Of a DNA stretch of 64,000 nucleotides, positions 34,232-47,808 are shown piece by piece (positions within the stretch are counted from its first letter, which is position 1; every line of letters starts with the position of its first letter). The notes below the pieces were generated by a model. That model saw only the letters and a list, made by a program, of their open reading frames with translations, ran no database searches and was not told where the DNA came from. The DNA is taken from the NCBI GenBank assembly GCA_951406725.2, contig OX597814.1:52018001-52082000 (forward strand). Direction: 5' to 3'. Source of the stretch: Octopus vulgaris (taxonomy: Eukaryota). Both the position numbers and the translations under genes were made by a program.

Positions 34232-35700
34232 AGCAGATGCTAAAAATTATAGCCCTATCTCTCTGACCTCACACATCAGCAAAGTCATGGAACGAATAGT
34301 CCGCAAGAAACTAATCATGTTCCTTGAAGAAAATTACTTTCTGACTGACACCCAGCATGGATTTCAACCAGGTAGAAGCTGTCTAACACAGCTCCTGCAA
34401 CACTATGACTAGGTGTTAAAACAGCTACTAAATGGCTCAAGTGTGGATGTGATATATCTCGACTTTGCAAAAGCCTTTGATAAAGTCGACCATGGTATGA
34501 TCTGTCACAAACTGCATAATCTCGGCATAGGTGGAAAACTTGGAGAGTGGCTGCACAACTTCCTAAAAGATAGAAAGCAGGCAGTGTTCACCAATGGAGC
34601 CACTCCAAGGAAATACAAATAACAAGTGGTGTTCCACAGGGCACTGTCTTGGGGCCACTGCTGTTCATAGTGGCCCTTTCAGACATGCCCTCAATTGCTA
34701 AGATGGCCATCCTTGCCAGCTATGCAGATGACACAAAAGTCTCTAACACAATACAAAACACTGGAAATATTGCACATCTGCAACGGGAGTTGGATACAAT
34801 ATACAGGTGGAATGAGGACAACCACATGCAGTTTAATGCAGGGAAGTTCCAAACCCTGCACTACCAGCACACAAAGATGAGCAACATGCAGACCGGATAC
34901 ACTGGCCCGGGAAGAATTGTAATTCCTGAGTCAAAATCAGTGCGTGACCTGAGCATTGACATGAGCAATGATGCATCTTTCCAAGTGCATATTGCCAATT
35001 TGGAAATAAAATGCAGACGGCTAGCTGGATGGATTCTCCGAGCTTTCAGCACAATAGAGGAGACACTGATGGTCCTTTGGAAGACATTTGTCCTCAGCTG
35101 CTAGGACTACTGCTCCCAACAATGGTCTCCACACAATATAAAGTTAACAGCAGAACTCAAAGCAACCCAACGAAGCTACACTAAGAAAATCGTCTCAATG
35201 TAACACATCAGCAACTGGGAAAGACTGAAAGTATAAAAATTCATCTCCCTGAAGTGAAGTCAGGAGAGTTATGGAGTGATATACATCTGGAAAATCCTGG
35301 AGGGTCTTGTCCCGAATTTTGGCATTGAAAGTTACCCCAACAACAGAAATGGGTACCTTGCGTGGTGCCAAAGATCCCAACATCATCATCAAAATACAGG
35401 ACCAGATACTACAACAGCTTGGGTTTCAGGGGGCCACAGCTCTTCAATATCCTTCCTAAATGTCTGAGAGACTTGCATGGTGTGGATGTGGGTATCTTTA
35501 GAACTAAACTGGATCTCTTCTTCTCAGGGGTTCCAGATGAACCTACCGCTCAGCAGGAAACACAGATGCAGGTAGCGGCGTCGAACTCCCTAGTTGACCA
35601 AGTGCCACATATCAGAGGTGGTTTCACATACTAGTGTAGGTCAATAAACAGTGGTGCCACAGCTTTCGCGCTGAAACATTTTTAAGGATTCAAGGATTTA
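34232..35700 (+). pseudogene. 5'-truncated CR1-like LINE RT (second family), frameshifted
   Basis: PISLTSHISKVMERIV..QHGFQPGRSCLTQLL..YLDFAKAFDKVDH, GVPQGTVLGPLLF, SYADD; several stops; ends GCCACAGC..GCTGAAAC. Confidence 0.9.
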
Positions 35701-35949
35701 TACATACAAATATATATACATACATCCATATATATATATATACATACATAAATACATCCATATATATATATACATACGTAAATACATCCATATATATATA
35801 TACATACGTAAATACATCCATATATATATATACATACGTAAATACATCCATATATATATATACATACGTAAATACATCCATATATATATATACATACGTA
35901 AATACATCCATATATATATATACATACGTAAATACATCCATATATATAC

Positions 35950-35979
<30 letters not shown>
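35700..35979. repeat. 30-bp minisatellite (~8 copies) within TA/CA tract
   Basis: TATATATATATACATACGTAAATACATCCA repeated perfectly. Confidence 0.95.
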
Positions 35980-35980
<1 letters not shown>

Positions 35981-36822
35981 CTAGCAGAATTGCCCAGCGT
36001 TGCTCGGGGCTGAATTGCTTGAAAGTACTGTTAATGATTGCACTGAATTATGATGATTATTCAGGCAAATATTGATATAAGTTTACGGTGGGAGATAAGG
36101 ACTTAACGATCAAACGTGTGCCATTGCATTGTTTTGGGGGAACCAAATTTCTGATGAGCATTATAGGGGCACCAACTTTAAGTTTGAGAAAGTGTGGTGG
36201 TAGTCCGGGGTGCTCAAAGGAATTGAGTACCTCTATTGGATAGTTGATGATGTCCTCTGGGTCAGGAGTTGTATCGATAGACTGATATACATAGACTTCC
36301 CCAGGAATGAGTTTTAGCATTTCATCATTAATATGGTGAACAGTTTTATTCCTCGGGACCAGTATAGCCTTTTTGCCAATCCAATCCATATTCTGATAAT
36401 TAGCTTGTAGATCTGGGAACACTGCATCTCTGAGATCAGAAGGCGTCTTAACAATGGTACAAATGGAATCGATGGCAATATTACCATTTTCATCCCCTGG
36501 TATTTTGCCTTCGCCAAGTGCAAGGAGGGTGTGAGGAAATGCTGCTGATGTGATATTACGTCGCATATGAGCACGCATATTGGTGTGAAGTTTGAGAGTT
36601 ACTTCCCTTTATTTAAAAAAATATGCATTAAAATGGAAAAAAATGATGGTAAATTATTTGTAAAATCATAGACTCATCGTAGACGCGCGCTAATACCTAG
36701 AAGGGCTCGATATGAATCACGACTATAAGATACCCGGTTTTGGTTAAACTGCATCGCAAAATGTGGGAGTAGTTAGGAATCTAAATCGGAGTAGACAGAC
36801 ACACAACCTTTCTTTTATATAT
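35981..36822 (-). mobile_element. Helitron family A derivative carrying a helicase fragment
   Basis: Minus-strand 3' hairpin CCCGAGCAACGCTGGG + CTAG|T at 35981; 5' part homologous to 17052 and 19469. Confidence 0.9.
36057..36600 (-). pseudogene. Helitron PIF1-like helicase fragment
   Basis: AILVPRNKTVHHIN..YQSID..YPIEVLNS..GLPPHFLKLKVGAPIMLIRNL..CNGTRLIV. Confidence 0.92.
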
Positions 36823-36825
36823 AAA

Positions 36826-37738
36826 TATTTTCGTCCTAAAAAACTTTGTATGGATTGAATGGTTACCTCTATGGAAATATATACACGCACATTATACATA
36901 CATGTGTGTATAGATGAATATATAAATACATTTAAATATCTATATACACTTTTGGGCGATCTTTCTGTTTCTTAGAGATAACTTTAGGTCTTATTTTCGT
37001 CCTAAAAAACTTTGTGCGGAGTGAATGGTTACGTCTATAGAAATATATACACACACATTATACATACATCTGTGTATAGATGAATATATAAATACATTTA
37101 AATATCTATATACACTTTTGGGCGATCTTTCTGCTACTTGTATATACTTTAGATCTTATATTCGTCCTAAAAAACTTTGTATGGAGTGAAAGGTTACCTC
37201 TATGGAAATATATACACACACATTATACATACATCTGTGTATAGATGAATATATAAATACATTTAAATATCTATATACACTTTTGGGCGATCTTTCTGCT
37301 ACTTGGATATAGGTCTTATATTCGTCCTAAAAAACTTTCCTGTCACACACTCACGCACACGCACACACACACGTTAGCTTACAATTTTATTTATATATTT
37401 GCGTGTCTATGTGTGTAAAGAGGAAGTGGGAGGCAGAGTGAAAGAGTCACTCACTACAGAAAGTGAATTACTTTCACTTTATTCGTTGCACACTGTGTGT
37501 GTGCATTTGCGTGTGCTGTATCCCACACTAAGAGAAGCATTTGACTCATACACCACAATGTGAGTTTTCTCTAAATTTTGCTTAATTGGTGTTGAAATTT
37601 TAAAAAGTGGACCTGGCACGACCCGATGCATTCTACTCATAAAAATGCTAGGTAAATTGTATTTGAAGAAATCCTATATTGTAGATTTCTATAAGATACA
37701 AAGGGAGGCAGATAAAATCTGCCTTTTATAATAAGAGA
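36826..37738 (-). mobile_element. Helitron-like family B with three ~165-bp tandem units
   Basis: TC start at 37738 (minus); TTCGTCCTAAAAAACTTT at ~36830, 36996, 37161, 37321. Confidence 0.65.
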
Positions 37739-37739
37739 T

Positions 37740-38557
37740 GTATGTATATACAAAAATATATATACATACATATGTACACATATATATACATACATATATA
37801 TATACACATATATACATACATATATACACACATACATACATATATATATATATACATATACATACATACATATACATACATACATACATACATATACATA
37901 CATACATATACATATACATACATACATATACATACATACATACATACATGCATATATATACATACATACATATACATATATATACATACATACATACATA
38001 CATACATACACATACATACATACATACATACATAAATACATACATATACATGCATATACATATATATACATACAAACATATATATACATACAAACATATA
38101 TGTACATATCTATACATACATACGTATATATACATACAAACATATATATACATACAAACATATATGTACATATCTATACATACATACGTATATATACATA
38201 CAAACATATATATACATACAAACATATATGTACATATCTATACATACATACGTATATATACATACATATAAATACATACATACAAATACATACATACATC
38301 TATATACATCCATATATACATACACATATATATAAACATACATATATATATAAATACACATACATACATATATATAAATACATATACATATATATAAATA
38401 CATATACATATATATAAATACATATACATATATATAAATACATATACATATATATATATATATATATATACACATATCTATATAAACACATACGCATATA
38501 TACATATACACATATCTATATAAATACATATACACATACATATATACATACAAATAC

Positions 38558-38590
<33 letters not shown>

Positions 38591-40046
38591 TACAAATACA
38601 TATATATATATACATATACAAATACATATATATATACATATATATATACAAATACATATATATATACATATATATATACAAATACATATATATATACATA
38701 TATATATACATATACAAATACATATATATATATACATATATATATACATATACAAATACATATATATATACATATACATATACAAATACATATATATATA
38801 TACATATATATATACATATACAAATACATATATATATACATATACAAATACATATATATATACATATACAAATACATATATATATATATACACATACAAA
38901 TACACATACAAATACATATACAAATACATATATATATACATATACACATACAAATACATATATATATACACATGCAAATACATATATATATATACATATA
39001 CACATGCAAATACATATATATATATACATATACACATGCAAATACATATATATATATACATATACACATGCAAATACATATATATATATACATATACACA
39101 TGCAAATACATATATATATATATACATATACACATGCAAATACATATATATATATACATATACACATGCAAATACATATATATATATACATATACACATG
39201 CAAATACATATATATATACATATACACATGCAAATACATATATATATATACACATACAAATACATACACATATACATATACACATGCAAATACATATATA
39301 TATACACATACAAATACATACATATATATATACACACATACAAATATATATATACATATACACATACAAATACAGACATATACACATATACACATACAAA
39401 TACATATATATACATACAAATACATATATATATATACACATACAAATACATACATATATATATACACACACACACATACAAATACATATATATACACATA
39501 CAAATACATATATATATACACATACAAATTCATATATATATACACATACAAATTCATATATATATACACATACAAATACATATATATATATACACATACA
39601 AATACATATATATATACACATACAAATACATATATATATATACATATACATATATACACGCATATATGTATGCATATATATATGTATATACGTGCGCGTA
39701 TATATATACGCATATATGTACGCAAATATATGTATGCATATATATATATAAATACGCATATATATATACATGCATTCTGCACCCTGTATATATGTGTGTA
39801 TATATGTATGTGTATGTATGTGTGTATATGTATGTGTGTATATGTGCGTGTGTATATATGTGTATGTATATATCATGTATATACCCACGTGTGTATGTGT
39901 GTGCATGTGTGTGTGCATGTGCATGTGCATGTGCATGTGCATGCGTGTGTGTGCATATGCCTGTGTATGCATGTGCGTGTGTGTGTATGCATGCACGTGT
40001 GTGTGTGTCTGTATGTATATGTGTGTGTGTGTGTATGTATATGTGT
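37740..40046. repeat. 2.3-kb compound (CATA/TA/CA)n microsatellite-minisatellite
   Basis: Successive sub-arrays (e.g. CATATACACATGCAAATACATATATATATATA); switches to GT-rich after ~39700. Confidence 0.95.
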
Positions 40047-40047
40047 C

Positions 40048-40450
40048 TAGCTTGGCTGACCGGCTCGCGAAACATCTCCGAGACATCCGCCTCAGCAATG
40101 ACACCCCAGTCTCACACCATTTCCACTCTACCAGTCACTCTTTGCAACACCTGACTGTGTTCAGATTGTCCTTGCACAGAGGCCATCCGGACTCCCGTTT
40201 GCGCCGTGAACAGGGATTAATCTTCTCTCTTCGCTCCTTTGTGCCACATGGACTCAACTCTCCTCCCCTTTTCATCTAACCTCCTCCCCTTGCCTCTCTC
40301 CCCCTCCCTCCTACTTCCTCCCACCCACCTCTCCTCTTGTTCCGACTCCTACTTCTCTTCACCCCTACTATCTTTCTCTCTTCCTCTCCTACCCACCTTC
40401 CCCTTCCCCCTTTATCATCAACCCTCCACAATAAGCCCATCCTACCTCTA
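40048..40450 (+). mobile_element. Penelope-like element 3' fragment (GIY-YIG C-terminus, pyrimidine-rich UTR)
   Basis: [54 protein letters not shown], stop at 40279. Confidence 0.85.
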
Positions 40451-40505
40451 CAAATACATCTATATACTTATACATATACACATATACAGTATTTCTATAT
40501 GTTTA

Positions 40506-41460
40506 TGCCTCACGCTATGAGGGACTCTTAAAGTCAAAACTACCATAATAAATTCTTATAAAGATTTTATTCTATTTTTAAATTTTATATTTAATCGGAA
40601 TATATTCAGTGCTGAATTATTCAAAAAGCCCACCTCTTACATAGATATATAAGAGTGAAAATCTCCATGTACTATGCTGGATACATTTGCTGTTCGTCTA
40701 TTTTGATTTTTTTGTTCATTTTCATGTATCTTGATTATACCTCCACTGACGATTAGAAAGTGCATTTTGTGCACTATGATATTATATGATTTGAAGCTGA
40801 AGCTGTTTTTAGGAGCTCACTTCAAGAGTTGCATTCCCTTGCGTTTAGTACATTGTAGTTATTATCATAGTTTTGACTTTAAGAGTCCCTCATAGCATGA
40901 GGCATTAACATGTAGTAATGCCCTTAATATAAATAAATATATTTAAAGGGAATAATTATAAATTTTACCCTTATGAGGTTCACACTGACTACTTGATAAA
41001 TTCTTATAAAGATTTTAGCCTATTTCTAAGTTTTAAATGTAACCAGAATATATTCAGTGCTGAAGTATTCTGAATATACATGTGTACTGAGATGCAATTC
41101 GAAAAGCCCGCCTCTTTCATAGATATATAAGAGTGAACAACTGTGTAATATGCTGGATACACTTGATGTTTGTGTGGTATGTTGATCTTTTGTTCATTTT
41201 TATGTGTCTTGATTATGCCTGCACTGACAATTAGAAAGAGCATTTTGTGCACTAACTTTGAAATCATGATTTGCAGCCGAATCTATTTTTAGGAACTCAC
41301 TTCAAGAGTTGCACTCCCTCACATTCAGTACTCTGTATATATTATGGTAGTCTTGACTTTAAGAGTCCTTCACAGCGTGAGGCATTAATGTGTAATAATG
41401 CCCTTAATATAGATATATACTTAAAGGAAATAATAATAAATTTTTCACTCATGAGGTTTT
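40506..41460. mobile_element. MITE with ~42-bp TIRs (40506-40904) plus a tandem diverged second copy
   Basis: TGCCTCACGCTATGAGGGACTCTTAAAGTCAAAACTA / TAGTTTTGACTTTAAGAGTCCCTCATAGCATGAGGCA|TTAA; ~40545-40980 repeated at ~40995-41460. Confidence 0.75.
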
Positions 41461-41924
41461 TTTCACGCTGACACACACATATACATACACATATATATAC
41501 ATACACCCATGTGTACATACACACACTTATACATACATGCATAGACACACACACACACATACATAAATATGCACATACATGCATACACACACACATATAC
41601 ACACAGATACATATGCACATATACATATATATAAATACATAGATACACATACACACACTTTATATACATAGATACAGACTCTGGTCTAGAGATGCCCACA
41701 CCATCATCCTTCTCTATTCTATTTTTGCCCAACCCCACCTTGAATACTGCACGCACACGCACGCACACACACGCATACACACACATGTAGGTATATACAT
41801 GATATACACACACACATATATACACACACACACACATATATGCACACACACACACACACACACATATACATATACACACACATATACACACATATATACA
41901 CACATATACATACACACATATATA

Positions 41925-42160
41925 TACAAGGTGCAGACATTATTTGGGGACAGATTTATGGTTTCAAAAAACACTTATATAATAAGAGAAAAAACTGTAT
42001 TTCTATAAAAAGAACAAAGAAAGCTAAATTATCTATTTAATAATTTCATTGAATAAGACCACCAAAAGCATCAATAATTGCCTCTATGTGGATTCGAAAC
42101 CATTGAAAAGCTCGGATTAAGTGGTCCTTGTTCATATCAGACATGATCTGAACTATATTG
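41925..42160 (-). mobile_element. Tc1/mariner 3' end fragment
   Basis: IVQIMSDMNKDHLIRAFQWFRIHIEAIIDAFGGLIQ* followed by a TA|CAAGGTG-type terminus. Confidence 0.65.
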
Positions 42161-43077
42161 ACACACACACATATATAGACACACACACACACACACATAT
42201 ATATAGACACACACACACACATATATATAGACACACACACACATATATAGACACACACACACATATATAGACACACACACACATATATAGACACACACAC
42301 ACACATATATAGATACACATACACACGTATGTAGACACACACACACGTATGTAGATGCACACACACACACATATGTAGACGCACACACACACACATATGT
42401 AGACGCACACACACACACACGTATGTAGACGCACACACACACATATACACACACACAAATATATACATCTATATATGAGACAAAAAGTAATTTCTGCTTT
42501 TGTTTAAGGAAACAAAAAAGGTTTATAGGACTGCAAAAAGAAGTGCACGAATGAAATTGAGACAGAGACAAAAAACATTAGAGAACTAACATCAAATTCC
42601 GGCCAACAGCTTTATGTAACACCACACTTCCATACATTTCATCATATATAAACATTACTATGGCCTTCAACATATAAAAGGAATACACATATAAAAGCAC
42701 AGAAGGTAAAAAATATATATGCACTTTCTATATACAAAATATATAGAAAGTCCTGTCAAGAAAAGGTAAATAGAAATTGACTAAAATAGGTAATAAAAAT
42801 TTATTACTAAAACCTGTCAATCGAGTAAAAAATATCAATCTACTATAAAGGGTTTTTTTATGCCTCAATTAAAAATATCTCAAAATAGTTTGTTTTTAAA
42901 AAAGCGATCCATGGTAGATCGAAGTCTAAGGAGTGTAAGATAGTTCCAAAAAACAGGTCAAAAACACATCTATGGCCATTTTGGGAGCTCCCTGCTGTGG
43001 ACTGATTGCAAGTTAATGTGCATCTCGGCAATGACACGCTGATCAGGATGAACAGAATTTTCATGATCAAGTCATTC

Positions 43078-43322
43078 ATGCCAGTGGCACGTAAAAGGCA
43101 CTATCCGAATGTGATCGATGCCAGGCCCACCTGACTGGCTCCTGTGCTGGTGGCACATAAAGAGCACTCACTGCACTCTCAGAATGGTTGGTATTAAGAA
43201 AGGCATCCAGCTGTAGAGACATTGCCAGATCAGATTGGAACTTGGTGCAGCCACTGGCCCTCTAGACCTCAGTCAAACTGTCCAACCCTTGCCAGCATGA
43301 AAAACAGACGTTAAACGATGAT
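43078..43322 (+). mobile_element. RTE 3'-end fragment
   Basis: Two GTGGCACRTAAA units, AAGAAAGGCATCCAGC block, GACGTTAAACGATGAT tail. Confidence 0.8.
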
Positions 43323-44100
43323 ATATACACACACATACAAATATATACATCTATACACACATACACACACACACAAACAAACACAGATATATACATCTAT
43401 ATACACACACAAATATATACATCTATACACACAGACAAATATCTACATCTATACACAGACAAATATCTACATCTATACACACAGACAAATATATACATCT
43501 ATACAGACACACCGATATGTGCACACACACACAAATACATACACCAAAATGTGCACACACATGCAGTCATGCACGTACAAATATACACACACATGCACCC
43601 ATGCACATACAAATATACACACACATGCACCCATGCACAAATATACACAAGCACACATACAAATATACACATACGAACACAAATTTATACACATGCACAC
43701 ACATATGTGCACACACACACCTGCACAAATATACACAAGCATGCCCAATTATACACACACGCACGCACTAATATACACACATGCGCATACAAAATATACA
43801 CATACATGCATGCACAAATATACACATGCAAATACACACATGCGCATACAAATACATACATACACACACGCAAATATATACATACACACACACTAATATA
43901 TACATACATGCACACACACTAATATATACATACATGCACACAAATATATACATACACACACAAACACAAATATATACATACACACATGCAAAAATGTATA
44001 TTATAGATACAAATATATACATCTATACACACACACAAACATTTCAATATAAAGAATGTGAATAAATATATTATATACATACACATATATATTTATATAT
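43323..44100. repeat. Compound CA-rich microsatellite (similar tracts at 41470-41925 and 42160-42470)
   Basis: Low-complexity CA/TA repeats. Confidence 0.9.
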
Positions 44101-44118
44101 ATTCATTTTATTTGTGTA

Positions 44119-44872
44119 CTATCAGGGAGTACCTGGTGTTGCTCAGGTATTAAATATTCAACAATGGTCTTAATAGGTTCTCTACTGTTTTTCGCAATTG
44201 TTGGTCATACAAGGATGAATTCTGTGCAAATCACAGTCTCCCAACATTATCCTTAGGGTGAGTAAATAGAGTGTAAAGTTTGAACACAATCCACTGAAGC
44301 AGTAAGAAGTTTTTGAAAATTTTAAAGGGGAAAAAAGTGTATAAATCCGATTTTTTTCATTTTTTCGTGGTAATTTGTCGCACAACAATGACTTCGAACA
44401 TGGAACAGATACTTGATAAAACTGTCATTACATGGTGGTTTTTTAGTCATAAAAACCAAGGAAATCCGACTTTCCAGTAAAAAGTTTTCTACCATGTAAC
44501 TTAGCAAAAATGCGAAAAATCGATTTTTTTTTTCCAAGTTTTTCACAATTTTCTTGAGAATCAGAAGCCTCAAGGCAGTGCCAAAATATTCGTCTGAAAT
44601 GTCGCAACATGACAGTCCTTTTGACACCAAAATTATAAAAATCTGATGTTCCTGTAAAAACTTTTCTTACATGCAACTTTTACCTCTTTTGCAAAAAGTT
44701 CCCCTCAGTTTTATCGATTTTTCTCCTAGAAGTGGGGGATCTCTAGGCATTGGTAAAGCAGTGACCTGCCTGGGTAAATTTGTCATTTAATAAAAAAAAA
44801 TTTCATCAAAATCGGAGGGAAACTGTGGAAACGTATACACATACAGACATTTTGAGTTTTATAGATACAGAT
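44119..44872 (-). mobile_element. Non-autonomous Helitron-like element (third family)
   Basis: Degenerate 3' hairpin (ACCTGAGCAACACCAGGT on minus) plus CTAG-like end at 44119; TC..TATAAAA-type start near 44870. Confidence 0.55.
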
Positions 44873-44889
44873 AGATAAAGAATGTGTTA

Positions 44890-46190
44890 CACAATGCTAA
44901 AATGGTAAAGATCAGAGATGGACAGCCCTATTTAAGAAGTGGACTGCATGAGACATGGTTTATCATCAAGCAAGTCACACAAGGTATGGATCTTCATCAG
45001 GCAGGCCACAGGAGATAAGCTGTTTACAAAGGTCATATTTACCAGACTATTAAATCATCTTGACAACCAGCAGCTGAGAGAGCGAGCAAGATTTTATATA
45101 AGAATTACAGTATGATGGATTACATATTCACTCCAACACAGATTGTAGAATGACCGAAAGAACACAAGCTGCTTCTATATATCACTTTCTGTGACTACAA
45201 AAAGGCCTTTGATAAATGTAGTGCTGAAATGTCTAGAAATGCAAGGAGTTGAGATGCAAACAGTGGAAGCACCACCTGTATAGCTTTGCTATTGCCACTT
45301 GCAAGAGTTCCAATTGGGAAGGGCATCAAACAAGGAGATACCACCTCTCCAAAGCTCTTTACTGCATGTATAGAAATAGTTGTCAGAGGCATTGACTGGA
45401 CAGGTGGCATAAAAATATCAGTGACAAGCTACTAACACACCTACGATTTGCAAATATCCTCATACTCGCTGCCAAAATTACAGATCAACTGCAGACCATG
45501 CTAACAGAGTTGGACACCCATAGCTCAGCTGCAGGCCTTAAAACTAACCTCATCAAGCAAATATATGCAGTCTGATTATATATCACAAGGTAGAATACAG
45601 GCAGGAAGTGATGAAATCAAGGAGATAAAGGAGTATGTCTACTTGGTGCACACAATGAATATGCAAAAAGGCATGGAAACTGAAATCTCAAGGAGAATAA
45701 GCACAGAAGGAAAGGTGTTTACATAAAAGATGTGTTGAAAACAAAGCTGAACAAGACTCTACAGGTCAGTCTCTTCTACAGTACTCTTCTACCTGTGCTC
45801 TTGTAGCCTTGTGAGACATGGAACACTTACTACAAAGAGGGAAGGAATTCAACTGGCTATGACACAAAGGGCCAAGAAAGATCCATGCTAAGTATATCAC
45901 TCTAAGAGTTTATCTAAAATGACATGATTTGGGAACAAAACAGAGGAGAATAATTCAATTACAAAATATTAAAAGCACAATTTCTTGCTGGCCAGATATG
46001 TCAAAAGGCTCACAGTCAATATGTGGACTTATGCAGTTGTGAGTGGTATCTAAGGGATTAGGAAAAGTCACACAGAAGAGCCCATGATGATGGAAAACCA
46101 ATTTAGTAATAGAATTTAGAATAAATTGGAAATATAAGGTGCAATAATAAAAAAAATTGGAAGCACATTGTGATCAGCAATATATAACAT
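44890..46190 (+). pseudogene. Decayed RTE LINE RT (different family)
   Basis: LYITFCDYKKAFD, GKGIKQGDTTSPKLFTACIE, LTHLRFA, EYVYL motifs with many stops. Confidence 0.82.
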
Positions 46191-46317
46191 CTTATAGTCT
46201 GGTCAATAGAGTAATACAGTGATATACATATTTATATATACATAGGCAGGAAGGCACATACACACATATTATACATACATGTATGTATATATATATATGT
46301 GTGTGTATGTGTTATTT

Positions 46318-46730
46318 TTTACTGGTTTCAGACACCATGCTGGAGCACTACTTTGAAGAATTTCTAGTCAAATCGACCCCAGTACTTTTTTTAAAACCTG
46401 GTACTTACTCTATTAGTCTTGTTTGCTGAACTACTAAGTTATGGGAATGTAAACACACCATCAGACGGGTTGTCAACTGGTGGAGGGGAGGGAGACAAAC
46501 ATGGACACATACATATACATACATATATATATATATGTACACATACATACACAAGTACGAACTTCTACCAAATTTACTCCATCTATCAAATCCACTCCAT
46601 CTACCAAATCTACTCACAAGATTTTTGTTAGCCTGGGGCTGTAGTAGAAGACATGTCTAAGGTGTCATGCAGTGGGATTAAACCCAGAACCATGTGACTG
46701 GGAGGCAAAATTTCAACCACTCAGCCATGC
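46318..46730 (-). mobile_element. SINE family 2, full length
   Basis: Reverse-complement A/B boxes, body and CTCCAGCATGG..CTGAAAC tail. Confidence 0.8.
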
Positions 46731-47201
46731 TTCACTGTTGTGTGTGTGTATATATAAAATCATACACATACACACATATATAACTATACACATGCTATAT
46801 ATAGATAGAAACATGCATGTGCATTCTCATATTTACATACATACATGAACACATACACAAACACACATTAGCACACATGATCAACTATATATATATATAT
46901 ATATATATAGATATATATCAACAATTGAGGGTAAAATTAATTAATTAATTAATCAATTTCACCAAGTGTTCAGTATGTAAAAGGACCATTTAAGGCGAAT
47001 TCAAAATATTACATTATATAATTAGGGCTTAGTAAAATAAATTACTTTGCCACATACTGAACTTAGTAGAAATAGCAGCCAAAAAAAGTTTTCTTAGCAT
47101 TTCTACTACTTAAAGAAAATTTCTCTCAGATAATGTTTACTCTAGACAGCTCACGAAGGTTTGGGGGTAAATACAGAAAAATATCACAAGTACATAGATC
47201 G

Positions 47202-47264
47202 TTTGAGTACGTCAACATTTCAAGATTAGCCAAATAAAATCAGCATTTCTTTCGTCAGCTCAAA
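47202..47264 (-). ncRNA. Type I hammerhead ribozyme motif
   Basis: UUUGAG-CUGACGA-AAGA(aauGCUGAuuuuauUUGGCuaa)UCUU-GAA-AUG(uuga)CGU-A^CUCAAA. Confidence 0.8.
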
Positions 47265-47506
47265 ATTTCTTAATTTGGATTTGGAAACACTAAAAAGAAG
47301 GATCCAGCCAATTATGTTTGCACTTGGTACAAGCTATAGGGTAATTAGCATACTAGAACTTACTTACCTATGCAAGTGAAGACTGGGCTCAGTCAACTTT
47401 GTGGAACCTTTATGGTTCAACGGAGGGGAAAGCAAATCTGAAGCGACAAGTTCGCTGATAGGTAAAGTTCCTTCTTTTTAGTGTTTCCAAATCCAAATTA
47501 AGAAAT

Positions 47507-47569
47507 TTTGAGCTGACGAAAGAAATGCTGATTTTATTTGGCTAATCTTGAAACGTTGACATACTCAAA
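47507..47569 (+). ncRNA. Type I hammerhead ribozyme motif (G16.2 mutated to A)
   Basis: TTTGAG CTGACGA AAGA..TCTT GAAACGTTGACATA CTCAAA. Confidence 0.7.
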
Positions 47570-47755
47570 CGATCTATGTACTTGTGATATTTTTCTGTAT
47601 TTACCCCAAACCTTCGTGAGCTGTCTAGAGTAAACATTATCTGAGAGAAATTTTCTTTAAGTAGTAGAAATGCTAAGAAAATTTTTTTGGCTGCTATTTC
47701 TACTAAGTTCAGTATGTGGTAATTTTTATTTATTTATATTTTAAGATAATATATA

Positions 47756-47808
<53 letters not shown>

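Larger units (their letters stand above)
47050..47719. repeat. Fold-back inverted repeat (~252-bp arms, ~166-bp spacer), probably PLE pseudo-LTRs
   Basis: 47050-47302 is the reverse complement of 47469-47719 with few mismatches; the spacer recurs inverted at ~48067-48183. Confidence 0.92.

Noticed and set aside
37637-40154. Long Y/I/C/M/V/H/T-rich ORFs (up to 664 aa)
   Set aside because: Translations of CA/TA microsatellite; the same applies to 16259-16805, 18727-19185, 35682-35951 and 41342-44065
40510-40545. Hammerhead in the MITE TIR (CTATGAG..GAC/GTC..AAAAC)
   Set aside because: Core lacks CUGANGA and GAAA, and no stem I can be formed
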